Below, piece after piece: positions 25,771 through 38,085 of a DNA stretch of 64,000 bases (position 1 is its first letter; the number at the start of each line of letters is the position of its first letter). The position numbers and the translations under genes were made by a program. Under the pieces are notes generated by a model. That model worked only from the letters and a program-made list of their open reading frames with translations. It made no database searches and was not told the DNA's origin. Source of the stretch: Amoebophrya sp. A120. Its lineage: Eukaryota > Protista > Dinoflagellata. The DNA is taken from the NCBI GenBank assembly GCA_905178155.1, contig CAJINV010000019.1:688475-752474 (forward strand), given 5' to 3'.

Positions 25771-28700
25771 TTAATATTCTCTTTCATCTCTGCGAATCGG
25801 GGGCGGAATCGGGGGCGGAATCGGTGGGCGTCGGGGTCCTGCCCTGGAAAACTGCCTTGACCCGCGTCGCTCGTAGTTGTTGTCCGTCCTGCTATTTGTA
25901 TTGTGCCGTGCCGCTTCTGTTCTTGTAGCCTCGTGAGATGAAGTTGAAGAAGAACCTATTGCAGTGAAAAATGCCCCCACCCCCAAAGTTGCAAAAATTT
26001 GTGATGCGAAGTTTCCAAATGAAAATTTTTTGCCATGCATGAGAGGAGTATGAATCTTTCTGATGCAGAGTCTAGGCGTGTATCGCATCGCTTGCATGAC
26101 ATCCGCCACTCTTGCTGGGGTCTTTTGCAATACAAATTTTTGCTACTCACGATTGGAAACCTGTGATGCTGATAGATGCAAGAGGGCAAAGGTTTCATTT
26201 GGAAAGGTTTGCAATACAAATGCTCCCAAGTTCGGGGGTGGGGGCGTTTTTCATTGTAATAGAACCACCTGCTCCCGGTAGTTGTACTCCCGCACTTCTG
26301 CACAGATCTATCAAATGTAAAAATGTCTGGGTCTGGAAGATTGCTACTTACATTTGTCATGCGTGTCTGATATGGCTCAAGAATCTGTGATGCATGGGCA
26401 CAAAGCTGTCCTCGTACCTGTCATGCAAAAACGCAGTTTGCCATGCGGAACACGCAACACATAGGAGCCCAAAAATTTGTCATGCTTGGCCCCGTATTGC
26501 AGTGGAACTCCCATTCACTTTTAGCAATACAAATTTCCAGACCCAGACATTCTTACATTTGATAAGATCCGCATACAAGCAATCGATCAAACCTAGCTGG
26601 CGCGGGTATGGCGTTCTCAAACGTTACATTCTCAACTGTTTAATGCAAGACTAGCACAGCAGGTGAGAGGGAGAACCTTGCGCGTCTTGCATTACAAGTT
26701 TGATCCAGATTACAGTGCTATTTAGCCTTCCGAGAATTTGTCATGCGAAGCAGCTTGATTGTCTGGCAGGTCATGGTCATTTTGCATGACAAATCATGTA
26801 ACAGTTGAGAATGTAACGTTTGAGAACCCCATAGCGGGAACTGCGTCGCCAAAGTCGCCCGATGCGGTGCCAGCCGGTCTTGCCATTCCTCACAAGCCTT
26901 GGTCGGGAGAGAGTTATAATTTCTTGCGGCGGTAGTTACGTTTTCTGTTTCATTGTTCCACGTCCACCTGGTGAGCCCTTGATGCGGCTTTGGGTCGTAG
27001 AAATTGCAGGACCCAGAGGTCATCACGAGCCATTCGTTTTCCGTGATGCCGCGGGTTCGGAAAAAGTCTTCTGGCGAGAGCAGCGTCGTTTCATTATTCT
27101 TAACCTCCTCCTTGTTCCGCAGGTCAGAGAGAAAATCCAGAAAAATTTCTTCTCCGGGTAAAATCGTTCGTGTTGCACGCAGTGCTTCGGCTCCGATACT
27201 TTTATTGTCGCCTGTTGCAGCAAACCCCGCGGTCTCCGTGTTCGTAAGATTGGCATTCATGCGGCGTTTGGCCATGTCGAAAAAGGGAATGATGGCCCGC
27301 CTACCGGCCTCGGAAAGCATGTACAATAAGCGCGTGTCCAACAGGATTTCTGCGTGCTGCAGAGCCTCCGTCGACACCTCCGTCCCGTGGTCCAACTCGT
27401 CCAACTCGAAGTCCGCAAGCAACGCTTTGTGCATCTGCCGCTCGGCGGCGAGGTCCGCCCGGGCCTTTGCTCTTCCGCGCGCATACGCGAAAACCTGCGA
27501 AAAAGGCGTGAGGTCCCGCAAGATCGGGTCGGGAAGTTTCCACAAAAAACCCAGCTCCCCGGGTTTTGGCAGGAATTGCGCGTAGTCCAGAAAGCTGGAC
27601 GTCGCCCGCTTCGTCTTCGTCGGGGCTTCGTTTCTCATCCACAAGAAAAGACCAAAAATCCCCAAACAATTTGTCATGCAAAACATGCATAAACTGCTGT
27701 CTCTGCCACACAAGGAATTGATGGGGATGGGTTTTTTATATGTGGATACTGTTTGCGGCCTTTGCAGCGCAGGTGGAAGTACTATTGCTGTTTTTCCAGC
27801 CGTCCAGTACTTCGGAGGTGTGTCCCATGATCGCAATCGGTCTCTCGGCTGCACTTGTCCTTTGACACGCACTTTCATCCACTTCCGACAGCGTTTCTTG
27901 AATCTTCACCGGCCGAGCAGCGCCAGGAGCTGCCTCAGCATTTCTCGTGCTTGTCCGCTCCAACTCACGAGCACTTCGCTTCTCTGCTGCTAAGATGGTA
28001 CGCGCCAATCCGTGCGCGCAGTTCACTATCAAATGCAAATAAGTCATCTGGGTGGTCTGGACGGTTGCAAGACAAATTAAAACTCGTCATGCAGGAGGTT
28101 CTCCATGACCAAGGAAGTCTGGAAGTATGCCGGACCTAGCATGACAGCTTCAGATTCTGTGAGATCTCTACCATGCATCTTCTGCATGAGAAACACCCTC
28201 TGAACTGGAAGATCAAAAGTGGAAAACTTTTGGCAATCATGCAACGAAGATTTTTCCACGATCCACACTTAGCTTGGCAAGTTGGAGCTCTTCCAGACCC
28301 AGGAGTATTTGCAAAGCATATTCATGGGCACTGCTAACTCCCAGAGACGACCTAGTTCTTGAAAATAGTGGCAGCGGAATAGCTATGCATTGCAATCTGG
28401 AAAGACTGGAACTTGTGACGCTCTCGGTTAGTGACACAAAAATCTGTGATCCAAGAGAAGCAATACTTATCTTCTCCACTTTTGGCTGCCCTGAGACGAA
28501 AGAATTTCGCATGCAGCATGAACATGGGAAAGCTGTGGCAGCTGAATCTGTGATGCGGGGGGACCTACAAAAATTAAAATCCTGAAAATGAGCATGAAAA
28601 ACTTCGACATCTTCTTTATCTTTTCCAAATCCAGACATTCAAATTTGCAGCTAGATAACAACAAGGGCTGCGCGACGGTGGCAACGATTTCGCCCTTTTC

Positions 28701-31700
28701 TATTCTCACCTTGGCAAACATATAGATTGCAAAAGTGTCTAAATCTGGAAGAATGCAAGTTTGTCATGCTTGTCTGGCATAACTCATAAATCTGTGACGC
28801 AGGAGCAGGAAAAGGACCTCTTGTCTGTCATGCAGAAACGCAGTTTGCCATGTGGAAAACGAAACACAGGAGCAGCTCAAAAATTTGTCATGCTTGGCTG
28901 CGTATTAGAGTGCGCCCACCAGTCACATTTTAGCATTACAAGTTTCCAGACCCAGACACTTTTGCATTTGATAAAACAGTCCGCGGCCGGGTTGGGAAAT
29001 CATGCTGTAGTTGGTTTAGAGCTGTAACGCCCGTTAGCATGAGAAATTGAGTAGAATTTGTAGTGAATTTTGCATGACAAATTGCAGGTGGGTCCGCCGC
29101 TACATTCTCCCTCTTGCCCTTCTGGGAAGTGGGTTCTGCACACCGCAGAAGTCAAGGCTTATGCGCCGGGCAGCTTCTAGACATGGTCTGGGTGCCGTTC
29201 TTTCGCCATGTCCATTCGTCTCCCTGTGCTCGCATAAGAGCACTGCAACAGCCGCGGCAAAGACGCCAAAAAGAAAGGCTGCGAAGCACATGCAATTAGG
29301 CAAGAAGGCGCAAAAAAAAGGGCCAAAGGACCAGGCCGAGAGCTTTGACGCGTCTATCCGGCAGGCGCGTGAACTCTCCAGGCCTTTTCGGCAGAATAAA
29401 ATATAAAGGGGCTGAGGGCAACAGAAGGCGCTTGTCTTTTCCCCTCGGCCCCACTTCCCAGGGCCTATGTGCGGACATTCTTAAGCACTTTGCTGCGCTG
29501 AAGTTTGCTTATCACGGTCGAAAAGGGGAGCCCTGTGAATTTTGGGGCGAATTTTGAAAAAAGTGCCGGTGAGTTTTGGCCTACGGCACTTGTTCAAAAT
29601 TCGCGGGCGCATGAGAAACTCCGGGTTTTGGAGCTCCAAAAAAGTTTCGCAAAAAGAAGAAGCCTCAAAATTCCCCAAGAAAATTCCTGACCTGGGGGTC
29701 ACGTCAAAGAAAACTAGAGGACCCGACCAAGATGAGGCAGGAACACAGCCGGGAAGAAGGTACAGAGCTAAGCAGGCGATGCCAGCATCCATCGCAACGC
29801 GCCTCCAGATATCCAAGCCGAGACAGCAACAACCCGTGACGCGACTTCTCTATTTTGGGATATTGAGCTACTGTCCCTGCCCCCCTTTCCAGGCATGGCC
29901 CTCCCTATCGATCCGCCACCATCGAGTCTGCGGATCAACATGGAGCATCGTGTTGTAAAACCGGCGCCACAAGCCACCTGTGTTGCTTCGCAGTCCACCA
30001 GGTGCGCCTCTTTGGGCAACAAGCGGCAAGCGTCCATAGGAGGGCAGCGTCACCAGCCAAGCAGCCCATCAGCACGGCGCGCTGGCTGCTTGTTTTCCTC
30101 GTGTTCGTCGCATGCACGTGATTAGTTCATGCATTGCCACGCAATACAAATTCACTGCAAATTCACCTTGTTGTATGCTAACGCCCGTCCTTGGCAAACA
30201 GTCCGCGGTCGTGTCGGGGAATCATGCTGTAGTTGGAGCTGACAAAAACGGCGCGCAACTGCAACTGGTGCTTTCGCACTCCTGCAAAACGTGTTTCTTG
30301 GCCGGGTGTCTTGTTCGTCTCACCCCTCCGGGAGGGGCGCCCAGGAGGGGTAGCCAAAAACGCGCTTTTTTGCGCTTCCCCCGATGCTACGAGGGGCACC
30401 CAAAAAAGGCCTTTTAGGGGTAGCCGAGTGGCCGTTTGCTTCTTTTTTGCCCGGGGGTGGATCCGGACTTTTAATTTAAAGTATTTTCTGAGATAAGCAA
30501 CAGGCGAATGCATTCGGCGTGGGGCTTGCCAGGATGTCGGGAACCGGAGGCCAGAATGGGGGTCTATGAAAGACGGGGGGGGCAAGCCTCTACTAGAGGA
30601 ACTCACGGAAGAGGCCGCGGCATCGTTTGCGAACGGCCGGAGCATGTTTTTTTCGCGCTAGCCCGCCCCGTGCGTGTGCTTTGCATTTGCCAACGCAATA
30701 CTGCGAAGGCAATTGCCCCATCGCAGGCAAACCCTCTCCAGAGCGCACCGCGCCCCTGTTTTTCTGCCCTTTCCCCAGCCTCAGAGGGGCGGCGGGTGTT
30801 CTCGGTGGGTGGGGCAACGGGATGGCGGGCGCAGGGCTCGAAGGTAGCTAACCCGAACTCGATGCGCCTTCTTGTGGTAGCCGCGGCCGGCACAGCGCTC
30901 CGACCAATCTCTGTGCGCCACACTCGTCGGACGAAGCGACAGAGCGAGCCGGAAGCCATGCGGCCACCAGCAGCTGCTACTCCGGCCGGTCTGCCTTTGC
31001 CACTGCCTGAAAGTGGGGCCTTTCGGCTACTTATCTTGTTCATGCATGAGGTGGGGCGCCGGGGCCGGCAATTCCCGTCAAACGGGAGGGGCGACACGCG
31101 CGACCCCTGACATTTTTGGACATTTTTGACAATTCCGTACTTAGCATCGCCAAACAGTCCGCGGTCGGGTTGGGGAATGATGCTGTAGTTGGAGCTGCCG
31201 ACGACGTCTTGATGTTTCTTCAAGGTCAACATCATAGAAGTACTAGTACTGTTCGTCCTGTACGACCACGGGTAGTCGGCCACGAAGACTTTTGTCAGGT
31301 TTGTTTCCGGAAAATCCCGTATCAAATGTAAAAATGTCTGGGTCTGGAAGATTGCCGGGTTTGTCATGCACATTTTGCATGACTCCTCAAATCTGTGACG
31401 CATGCCCTAGCATCACAGATTTTTAGAGGGCTTCCTGATGCCTATTCCGCATGACAAATGCTCTTTCCGTGCTGCAAAATTCGGACTCTCTTTGCTGCTC
31501 ATGCAATACAGATTTTTTTAGAATCCAAAATCAGCATGACAAGTTGGATTCTTCCAGACCCAGACATTTTTACATTTGATGTCCCGCTCGTATCTCCGGG
31601 CCAGCTCCTCGAACGCGGGTAGTGGCAGTGGGAGGGGTGGTATCAAATGTAAAAATGTCTGGGTCTGGAAGAATTCATGTTTGTCATGATTGTCTGGCAT

Positions 31701-32155
31701 GACTCTTAAATCTGTCATGCACGTTACCCAAGAGCTCCGTTTTTCTGTGATGCAGAAGCGCAGTTTGTCATGCAGAATAGGCAACACCTAGGAGCTCAGA
31801 AACTTGTAATGCTGGGCCAGCATTTGTAGCCTCATCATGAGACGCCACCCAGCATCACAAGTTTCCAGACCCAGACACTTTTACTTTTGATAGGTGGAGT
31901 TCGCTCGACTTGGTGAGCAAGTTCGTCGTGTGTTGTAGTGGTTGTACTCGTCGTACTTGTCGTGCCAATGTTGTTGACACTGAGGACTTCGGGGGACGTC
32001 GCTGTGATCATCGCGGCGGTGGAAGAAAACAAGGCGGTCCTCTCGTGCCACGCGGAAACAAGCACAACACACGTCGGGGCCCTCATCGCCAGAAGGACCA
32101 TCAACGACTGCTGGATCCAGGACGACGGGGAGCCGACCGCGAGATTCATCGACAT
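25771..32155 (-). CDS. SET-domain (Rubisco-LSMT-like) methyltransferase, split by 8-9 introners and a ~2.2-kb insertion; possibly pseudogenised
   Basis: Spliced motifs SMISQPGRGLF|AKVRIEKGEIVATV and RAIIPFFDMA...ALRATRTILPGEEIFLDF; hydrophobic N-terminus. Confidence 0.65.
25957..26261. mobile_element. Introner family F (TIR TATTGCAGTGAAAAATGCCCCCACCCCC)
   Basis: Direct repeat GAACC; frame restored. Confidence 0.9.
26309..26564. mobile_element. Introner family A
   Basis: Direct repeat AGATC. Confidence 0.9.
26607..26833. mobile_element. Introner family D
   Basis: Direct repeat GCGGG. Confidence 0.9.
27636..27748. mobile_element. Highly degenerate introner-like intron
   Basis: Residual inverted repeat ATCCACA...ATCCCC / GGGGATGG...TGTGGATA; lies at the frame switch between two SET-gene exons. 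Confidence 0.4.
28027..28320. mobile_element. Introner family A
   Basis: Direct repeat TTCAC/TTCAT (4 of 5). Confidence 0.85.
28384..28657. mobile_element. Diverged introner, family A-like
   Basis: Direct repeat ATAGC/ACAAC (3 of 5); 5-bp-offset removal gives QPLL|FRCHYF. Confidence 0.7.
28721..28973. mobile_element. Introner family A
   Basis: Direct repeat AAACA; splits GRGLF|AK. Confidence 0.9.
29035..30180. mobile_element. Non-autonomous hAT-like DNA transposon, 1146 bp
   Basis: 8-bp TSD ACGCCCGT (29027-34 and 30181-88); termini TAGCAT...ATGCTA; subterminal inverted repeat GAATTTG(T/C)AGTGAATTT. Confidence 0.75.
31320..31581. mobile_element. Introner family A
   Basis: Direct repeat TCCCG; very similar to 3270-3531. 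Confidence 0.9.
31641..31892. mobile_element. Introner family A
   Basis: Direct repeat GGTGG. Confidence 0.9.
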
Positions 32156-34163
32156 CGAGATGAAAAAGTTATATGCAGCCCCTCACATTTTGACACAGAC
32201 ACTGTGATTGCCAGATGGGACGATGAACGTTATAAGTTTGTTTCATCCCGAAACTTTGATTTAGTAAACATCTTCTTGTTCAGAAGCGATCTTCATTGAG
32301 CATTCCTACTATATCGATGAAAATTAGTGCGTTATACGATTTTAAATTGATATTGTCATCACGACAGGATAATTATACGCGCATTGACATTGTCGCGCCG
32401 TCCTAACGAAAGTTTTCTGCTCGGCGAAAGATTCATTGTGCCGCATGAATGGAATCCTAAATGAAGCTACAACCAACTTAGCTCTCGTGGTCTATTTATT
32501 TCGTCGACTTTGCCGCTCTACTTCACGTGCTTAGTTCCACTAGTTCGGCACGAATCAGAATGCACATCAAGAACATTGTCGCGGACTTGAGCAGATGTTT
32601 CCACCGACGCCGATTTCTGCACGAAGGTTGACCATACACCCGACCTGATTCATCTTCGAACCACGATCATGCGGGGCTTATCCCATCAATTTGTTCATTT
32701 CGGCACCTAGGATGGAAGAAGCTTGTGCCTTGCAAGAGAAATGAACAACGAAACCAAAGTAGAGTTAGAGTACTTTAGTAAGTTTGTCCGTAGTTTCCAA
32801 TACATATTGACACAAGTGAACAAGTTGTACAAGAAGACGCTGTCTCTCTGTCAATTCTTGCACATAATAAAATGACTCTCCAGGGCCTCCAGCGGGTGTT
32901 GACACTTGTCGTATAGTCGACTATCCGGCGCACGACCACGACCCCCAGCTGTCCATAATTCGGAAGCAAACCTTCAGCCCGGTTATACTCAGATAAAAGA
33001 ATCGGGACGACCGGGACGTCGATGTGGCGACGGAAACAACAAAACGATCTCGCAGAACAAACGCAGCGCCCGCGCTCGACTTCCGCCCCCCCCTTGTGTC
33101 TTTCGGCGCAAAGTTTACAGAAGAATTTGTTCTCGAACAACGTGTTGGGTGGACATCGCGGAGCATCAAGATTTGCAATGCGTGGCCGCGACCAGTAGGT
33201 ACGAAAATAAATGCCATACTTTATTTGTAAGTCATAACGGTAGTCGTCGAGGGATTGTTGTTCGATTTCACCGTAATATATCGAATGCAACTGTAATACG
33301 CGCAAGCCAGGATAATTTTAGGGTTTAGGGTAGTAGTACTCGCCAAAAATTGATCGATGCTGTTCGACGGTAGGTGTGGTGTGTCGCTATCGTTTTGTCG
33401 TACGTTCCTTTCGATGCAATGCTTCGGGCAATGCTTCTTCTCGACGGCAGTTTCCCGGCCGTTTTCATTTCTGACAACATTCATGATCGGCTTCATCTCG
33501 TTCCGCACAGTTGGAATTTATTCGGTCTTGTTTTTGCAACAACGACTGATCGCGGCTCGGTAGCTAGTTTTTTGTTGAAAAAAAATTTGCACTTGCACAC
33601 TTCAGCTCGATTGGGTTATCTAGGCCTAGGGTCTGTTGCTTGAAAAATGACCGAAAGAATCCGACAAAGCACCACTCCACGGGTGAGGAGGACTATCTCA
33701 TGAGTGGCAGAATGGCTGAGACGAAGAAAAAAAACGCGGCGATTTTTGAAAATTGGCCAGCGCGGTCTCCTTAAGAAAACACCGAAAAAATCCAAAAAAG
33801 CGCCTCTCCACGCTTGAGCAGCACCTCGCTGGCGGTAGATTGGGTCGTGACACAACTCAGAAGAAAATTATCTGCTCACGCTCATTATCGTCCGTAGTGC
33901 TGCCGTTTTATCTACATTTCTATCAACTGCGGACCCACTTCCACCGACCATTATGTTGACCAAGGAACTTTTGATCGTACACCGCGGGCGGATGAAGACC
34001 TGACCAACACACTCAGGTTCTTGCAAGGATCACATGAGGAACGCAAATGAGATCCAAATCACGCGCTGCACGAAAAGCGCACCAATCCTTTTTCTGAACA
34101 ACGTTTCCTAGTACATGCGAACGCAGAACAACTAGAGAACGCCAGGGGCATGTTGCTGACACC

Positions 34164-37100
34164 CTAGCCAAACTGCGCAGCAGGATAGATATTTTTTCTC
34201 ATTCGATTGTGGATGTAAAAACCAGTAGGCTTGTAAAGGTCAAGGTGTGTGACCTTGAAATCATGATAAAAAGTTGATAAGTATTTTCGCGTCTTCGGCA
34301 TCAAATCCAATCTGGTGGTCGTCGGATTTTGCCACCACTTATTTCGCAGCTCTGCAATCGTTTTATTCGATTTTTTCAACAAAAGCTGTAACTGTAATTC
34401 TACTTCTACTGTTGCGCGCAGTAATTTGCCTCGTCGTGGTGTTGTGCGCAGAAGTTGTTGTCTTGATTCCTACCAGAGCTCGGATTCGTCCTATGGGCGC
34501 CGTGTTTTCCCTGCCCTTTCTGTGACCCGATCCCAAAATTATGTTGTCCCACCTGACGGCGATTGTTCGTTGTGTTATTCTGCGCCGACGTGGTCGAAGA
34601 CCCACTGCGTAGAAACGAGGTTGCGGCCCTGGTCGCCTGGTTAGCTCCCGCTCTTAAGAGCTGCTGCGGTCCCGCTCCCCCTGCACCGCCGTCTGGCGCT
34701 GTGCTGCCGCCGATAAAATTGTCAAACAGCCCGCATTATCCCCTGCAAAAGTGTAACGCACTCGTCGACTAATACATGCAAAACTGCATGACAGGTGTGT
34801 TTGCTTCTTGTTTCTCCTGCATGACAAATTGCATCTATGCATTTTAGAGCGAAGTTGTCATGCAATTTCGTCGTAGTGCGATACACAAATACTTTTGCAA
34901 GGCATACCCCCACACTGCAGTGGCGCTCGAGAAAGGTCGGCGTGCGCACGGCATTTTTGTTTTTCGAACTGTTCCCGAAAGATGACTTGCGGTTATTTTT
35001 CGCATTGTGTCCTCGTGGCGGCGAGCCCACTGTGAAGAGGAAGTCGTTTGCGGTGTTGCGTTCCTCCATGCTGTCGCCGTAAATTTCGTACGCTCGCTTT
35101 CCCAACTCCAGCAGCGCAAACGCCAGCTGGTCCTGTCGTTCCGCTTTGCGGAAAAAGCCCGCGGAAACCGCGGCCGCGACCGGCGTACCAGTGGCAGAAG
35201 TGGTGCAATTTTGATGATGATGTTGTTCCGAGGTAGGAAAAAGTCCTTTGGTAACATCCCCGGCTGCACCCCCAGGACCACCTCCACCGCCCTTCTTGGT
35301 CGAAGATTTATTTCCGCCTCCTCGCGTGCGCTGGGTGCAGATCCAGAGCAGGGTGTTGAAAGCTTCTTGCTCCTCGGGTGACAGAAGGGTCGTCGCTTGT
35401 TTTGGAACCACCTCTGCAGCTGCAACCGGAGCCGTAGCACCTGCGCCGGCAACTTCTACCGGAGCAGGCGGTGCAGCAGCAGCGGGGGTTTTGTTTTCTT
35501 GCTGTTGAGGTGGTTGTTCTAATGCTTGTTGCTTCAGCGGCGCAGCAGGAGCAGGCGGGACAGCGACCACTTCTGGCTGGTGTGAGAGAACTGGTTGCGG
35601 TGCTGGCTCTACTGTCTGTTGGAAGTTTGTAATATTACCGTTGTCCTGCTCCTGCAGCTGCTCGGTGTTCTTCGTGTGAATCGTGAAATCGTTTTGCTCC
35701 TTCACCACATTGTAACTGTTCGCGGGGTTCTTGTTCGTGACCATTTCCATTTCCGGCGCGGCCGGGGTCGTGCCGCTTGCGGGTGAAGGTGGTTCTACTT
35801 CGACAGATGGTAATGGAGTTTCTAGTACTTCTTCTACAACAGCAGCTGTGCCTGTAGTAGGTGCTCCTGCTGTGGTGGCAGCAGCAGCAGCAGCATGTAT
35901 CTCGTCCACTTTCGCTGGAGCCACGACCTCCGGCTGCACAGGTACCGACGCAACAAGATCTTCTCCTGGTGCGGTTGGAGTTTCAGAAGCTACAGCTACT
36001 TCTTCCTGTGGTGTAAGTATCACAGCAGGTTGTGATGGTACAGTAACTTGCTCCAGTACTTCTAGTTGTAGCGACGGTGGCGCAACGGCTTCTGGAGAAG
36101 GAGAAGCAATCTTTTCATCAACTTGAACTTCCTCCACGACATCTGAAGAATACGTTGCCGTTGTAGTCGCGTACGTTTTATTCTCTTTCATCTCTGCTCG
36201 CGGCGACGCAGCTGCCATGTTGTGCTGCTGGGGTGTGGGCAATGATCTGATATTAGCACCAGGCAGTAGTTCTTCTTTTTGCAGCATTATGTCCTCCGGT
36301 TCATCACCTTCCAGTACTTGTTCCCCCGCAGCCGGTGGCTGTAGTTCTTCTGTCTGCAAAATAGTTTCAGCTGCTGGCGTTGTCCCTTCACTTCCTTGTA
36401 CTAAAGATGAGACATCAGCTTCTGCTTCCACTTGTTCTTCCACTTTCTCTACTTTATGTCCTTGCACAACAGCTGAACTAGCCACAGCTTCCTCTTGACA
36501 ATAGTCTTCTTCATCCAGCTGCACTGACGCGGAGGTCGTCGCGAGTAACGGGGGCTCTGGTGCTCTTTGTGGTCCTTCTGTCGCAGGAGCTGCGGACGGC
36601 ACCTCTAGAAGCACTGGTTCCTCGGCTGGCTGGGGTGCTCTAGACGAGCTATTGATGTGGTCCTCCTCCTCTCCACCTTCTACCGCGGCTGGAGGAGGAT
36701 GATCAACATGAGTTGTAGTTGTTTGATTCGGCGTAATCATCTGATGGTCCAAAACTTCTTCCTCTCCCATCGTGAGAGTACTGCTCCCTACTGCAGCTGG
36801 CGCCTTCGTCAGATGAGGGTTGGCAACTGTACTTTCCACTTCAGGAACAAGTACGGGCGACGAGATATTACGCGAATTAGATTCATCGGGGGAAAAGGAA
36901 GCGGAGCTAGCGGGAACTACCGAAGTAGCTGCTGACTCGTTTTTAGGAAGATTTTTTGGGTCCTCTCCACACCCACCGTCGCTGCTGATCCGTGGTGGTG
37001 CATCCTGATGTTCTTTCCCTGCCTGTGGTGCCTGTGCCTGCGGAGCGGTGGAGGACATAGACCCGGTTCTGTCGTCTTGGTCACCTTGCTGGGGCATCAT
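34164..37100 (-). CDS. Acidic Pro/Ala/Glu-rich low-complexity protein, 892 aa (one introner, one GT-AG intron at 34470-34552)
   Basis: The 792-aa ORF reads into the introner; removal gives HCSVG|GLFDNF, then RRQ|ESRQQLL joins ORF 34164-34382; spliced 2679 nt. Confidence 0.75.
34737..34906. mobile_element. Diverged introner family C
   Basis: TIR TAT...TGCAAAAGT; direct repeat decayed (CGCAT/CCCCC) but 5-bp-offset removal keeps frame. Confidence 0.72.
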
Positions 37101-38085
37101 CTTGGATTCTTTCGGCCGAGCGGTGACTTGAGATGCTGTACTAGCAGAATTATCTTTAGTATCTACAACGATGGTGTGTATCTAAATGTCGAAATAAATC
37201 GCCTCTGTGCTCGGGTTCTTCCTGCTATAAATATTGAATTATTTGATAGCTTTTTCACATCCAGCTAGTGAGTGACACTGCTCACACGACTAGTGGGATG
37301 GCCTAGTGCCTAAAATTCATTCTCGTGTTGTAGATACATTATCAATTAGTTCACACAGCGCGGCGATCATCTTTGTCTTTCGCGTAAATGTAGTTGCAGA
37401 AGTTCTTCTTTATTGGCATCTTTTGCAATGGACAACTTCCAAGAATGAAAATGATCTGAGCCGTATGTGTTTTGTGTTTGTTCTTCGCTTTGCCTACTTT
37501 TATTTTGGGTGTTTGCGTCGAGTTGTATACTTAGAGGTGCGTTTTTGTACAATGGGTGACATAGACATTTTTGATCAAGACGAGCTCGCTGGCATATTGA
37601 TGTTTCCGCTCTGGCATGTTTGCAGTAGAAGGCACTCTCGCTCAAGTAGCCGGAGGACGAGTGTTGCGGAAAAACTGTAGTGGTGGTGCCTTCTCCAACA
37701 AGTAGTACGTTATTACACCGTGCAAACGGTGCAGGAGCGCTTGGGAAGAACAACGAAATTTGCCTCTTGCAGGAACAACAGCCGGAACCAGAAACAAGGG
37801 ACTCGATGAATCCGAGCAATGCTGAAGCGAATTACTAGATTAGGTTATGACTACTTTGTTTTTCGAGCTCCTTCTGAACCTATGTTCTCTGTCGATTACC
37901 GTTTTACTACTTCACGACAAAAATGAAACGGTTGGAATTATGCTGGGGATCGATGATTACAACTGAAAGGACGAAGATATGGAAGAGGTCTATTTGATGT
38001 GCCCTAGCTAAAATATAATGTGTTGAATAGACAACATCAACAACTACGTGGGAATCAAGCCCAAGCAAAAGCAGGTCCTGGGCCA

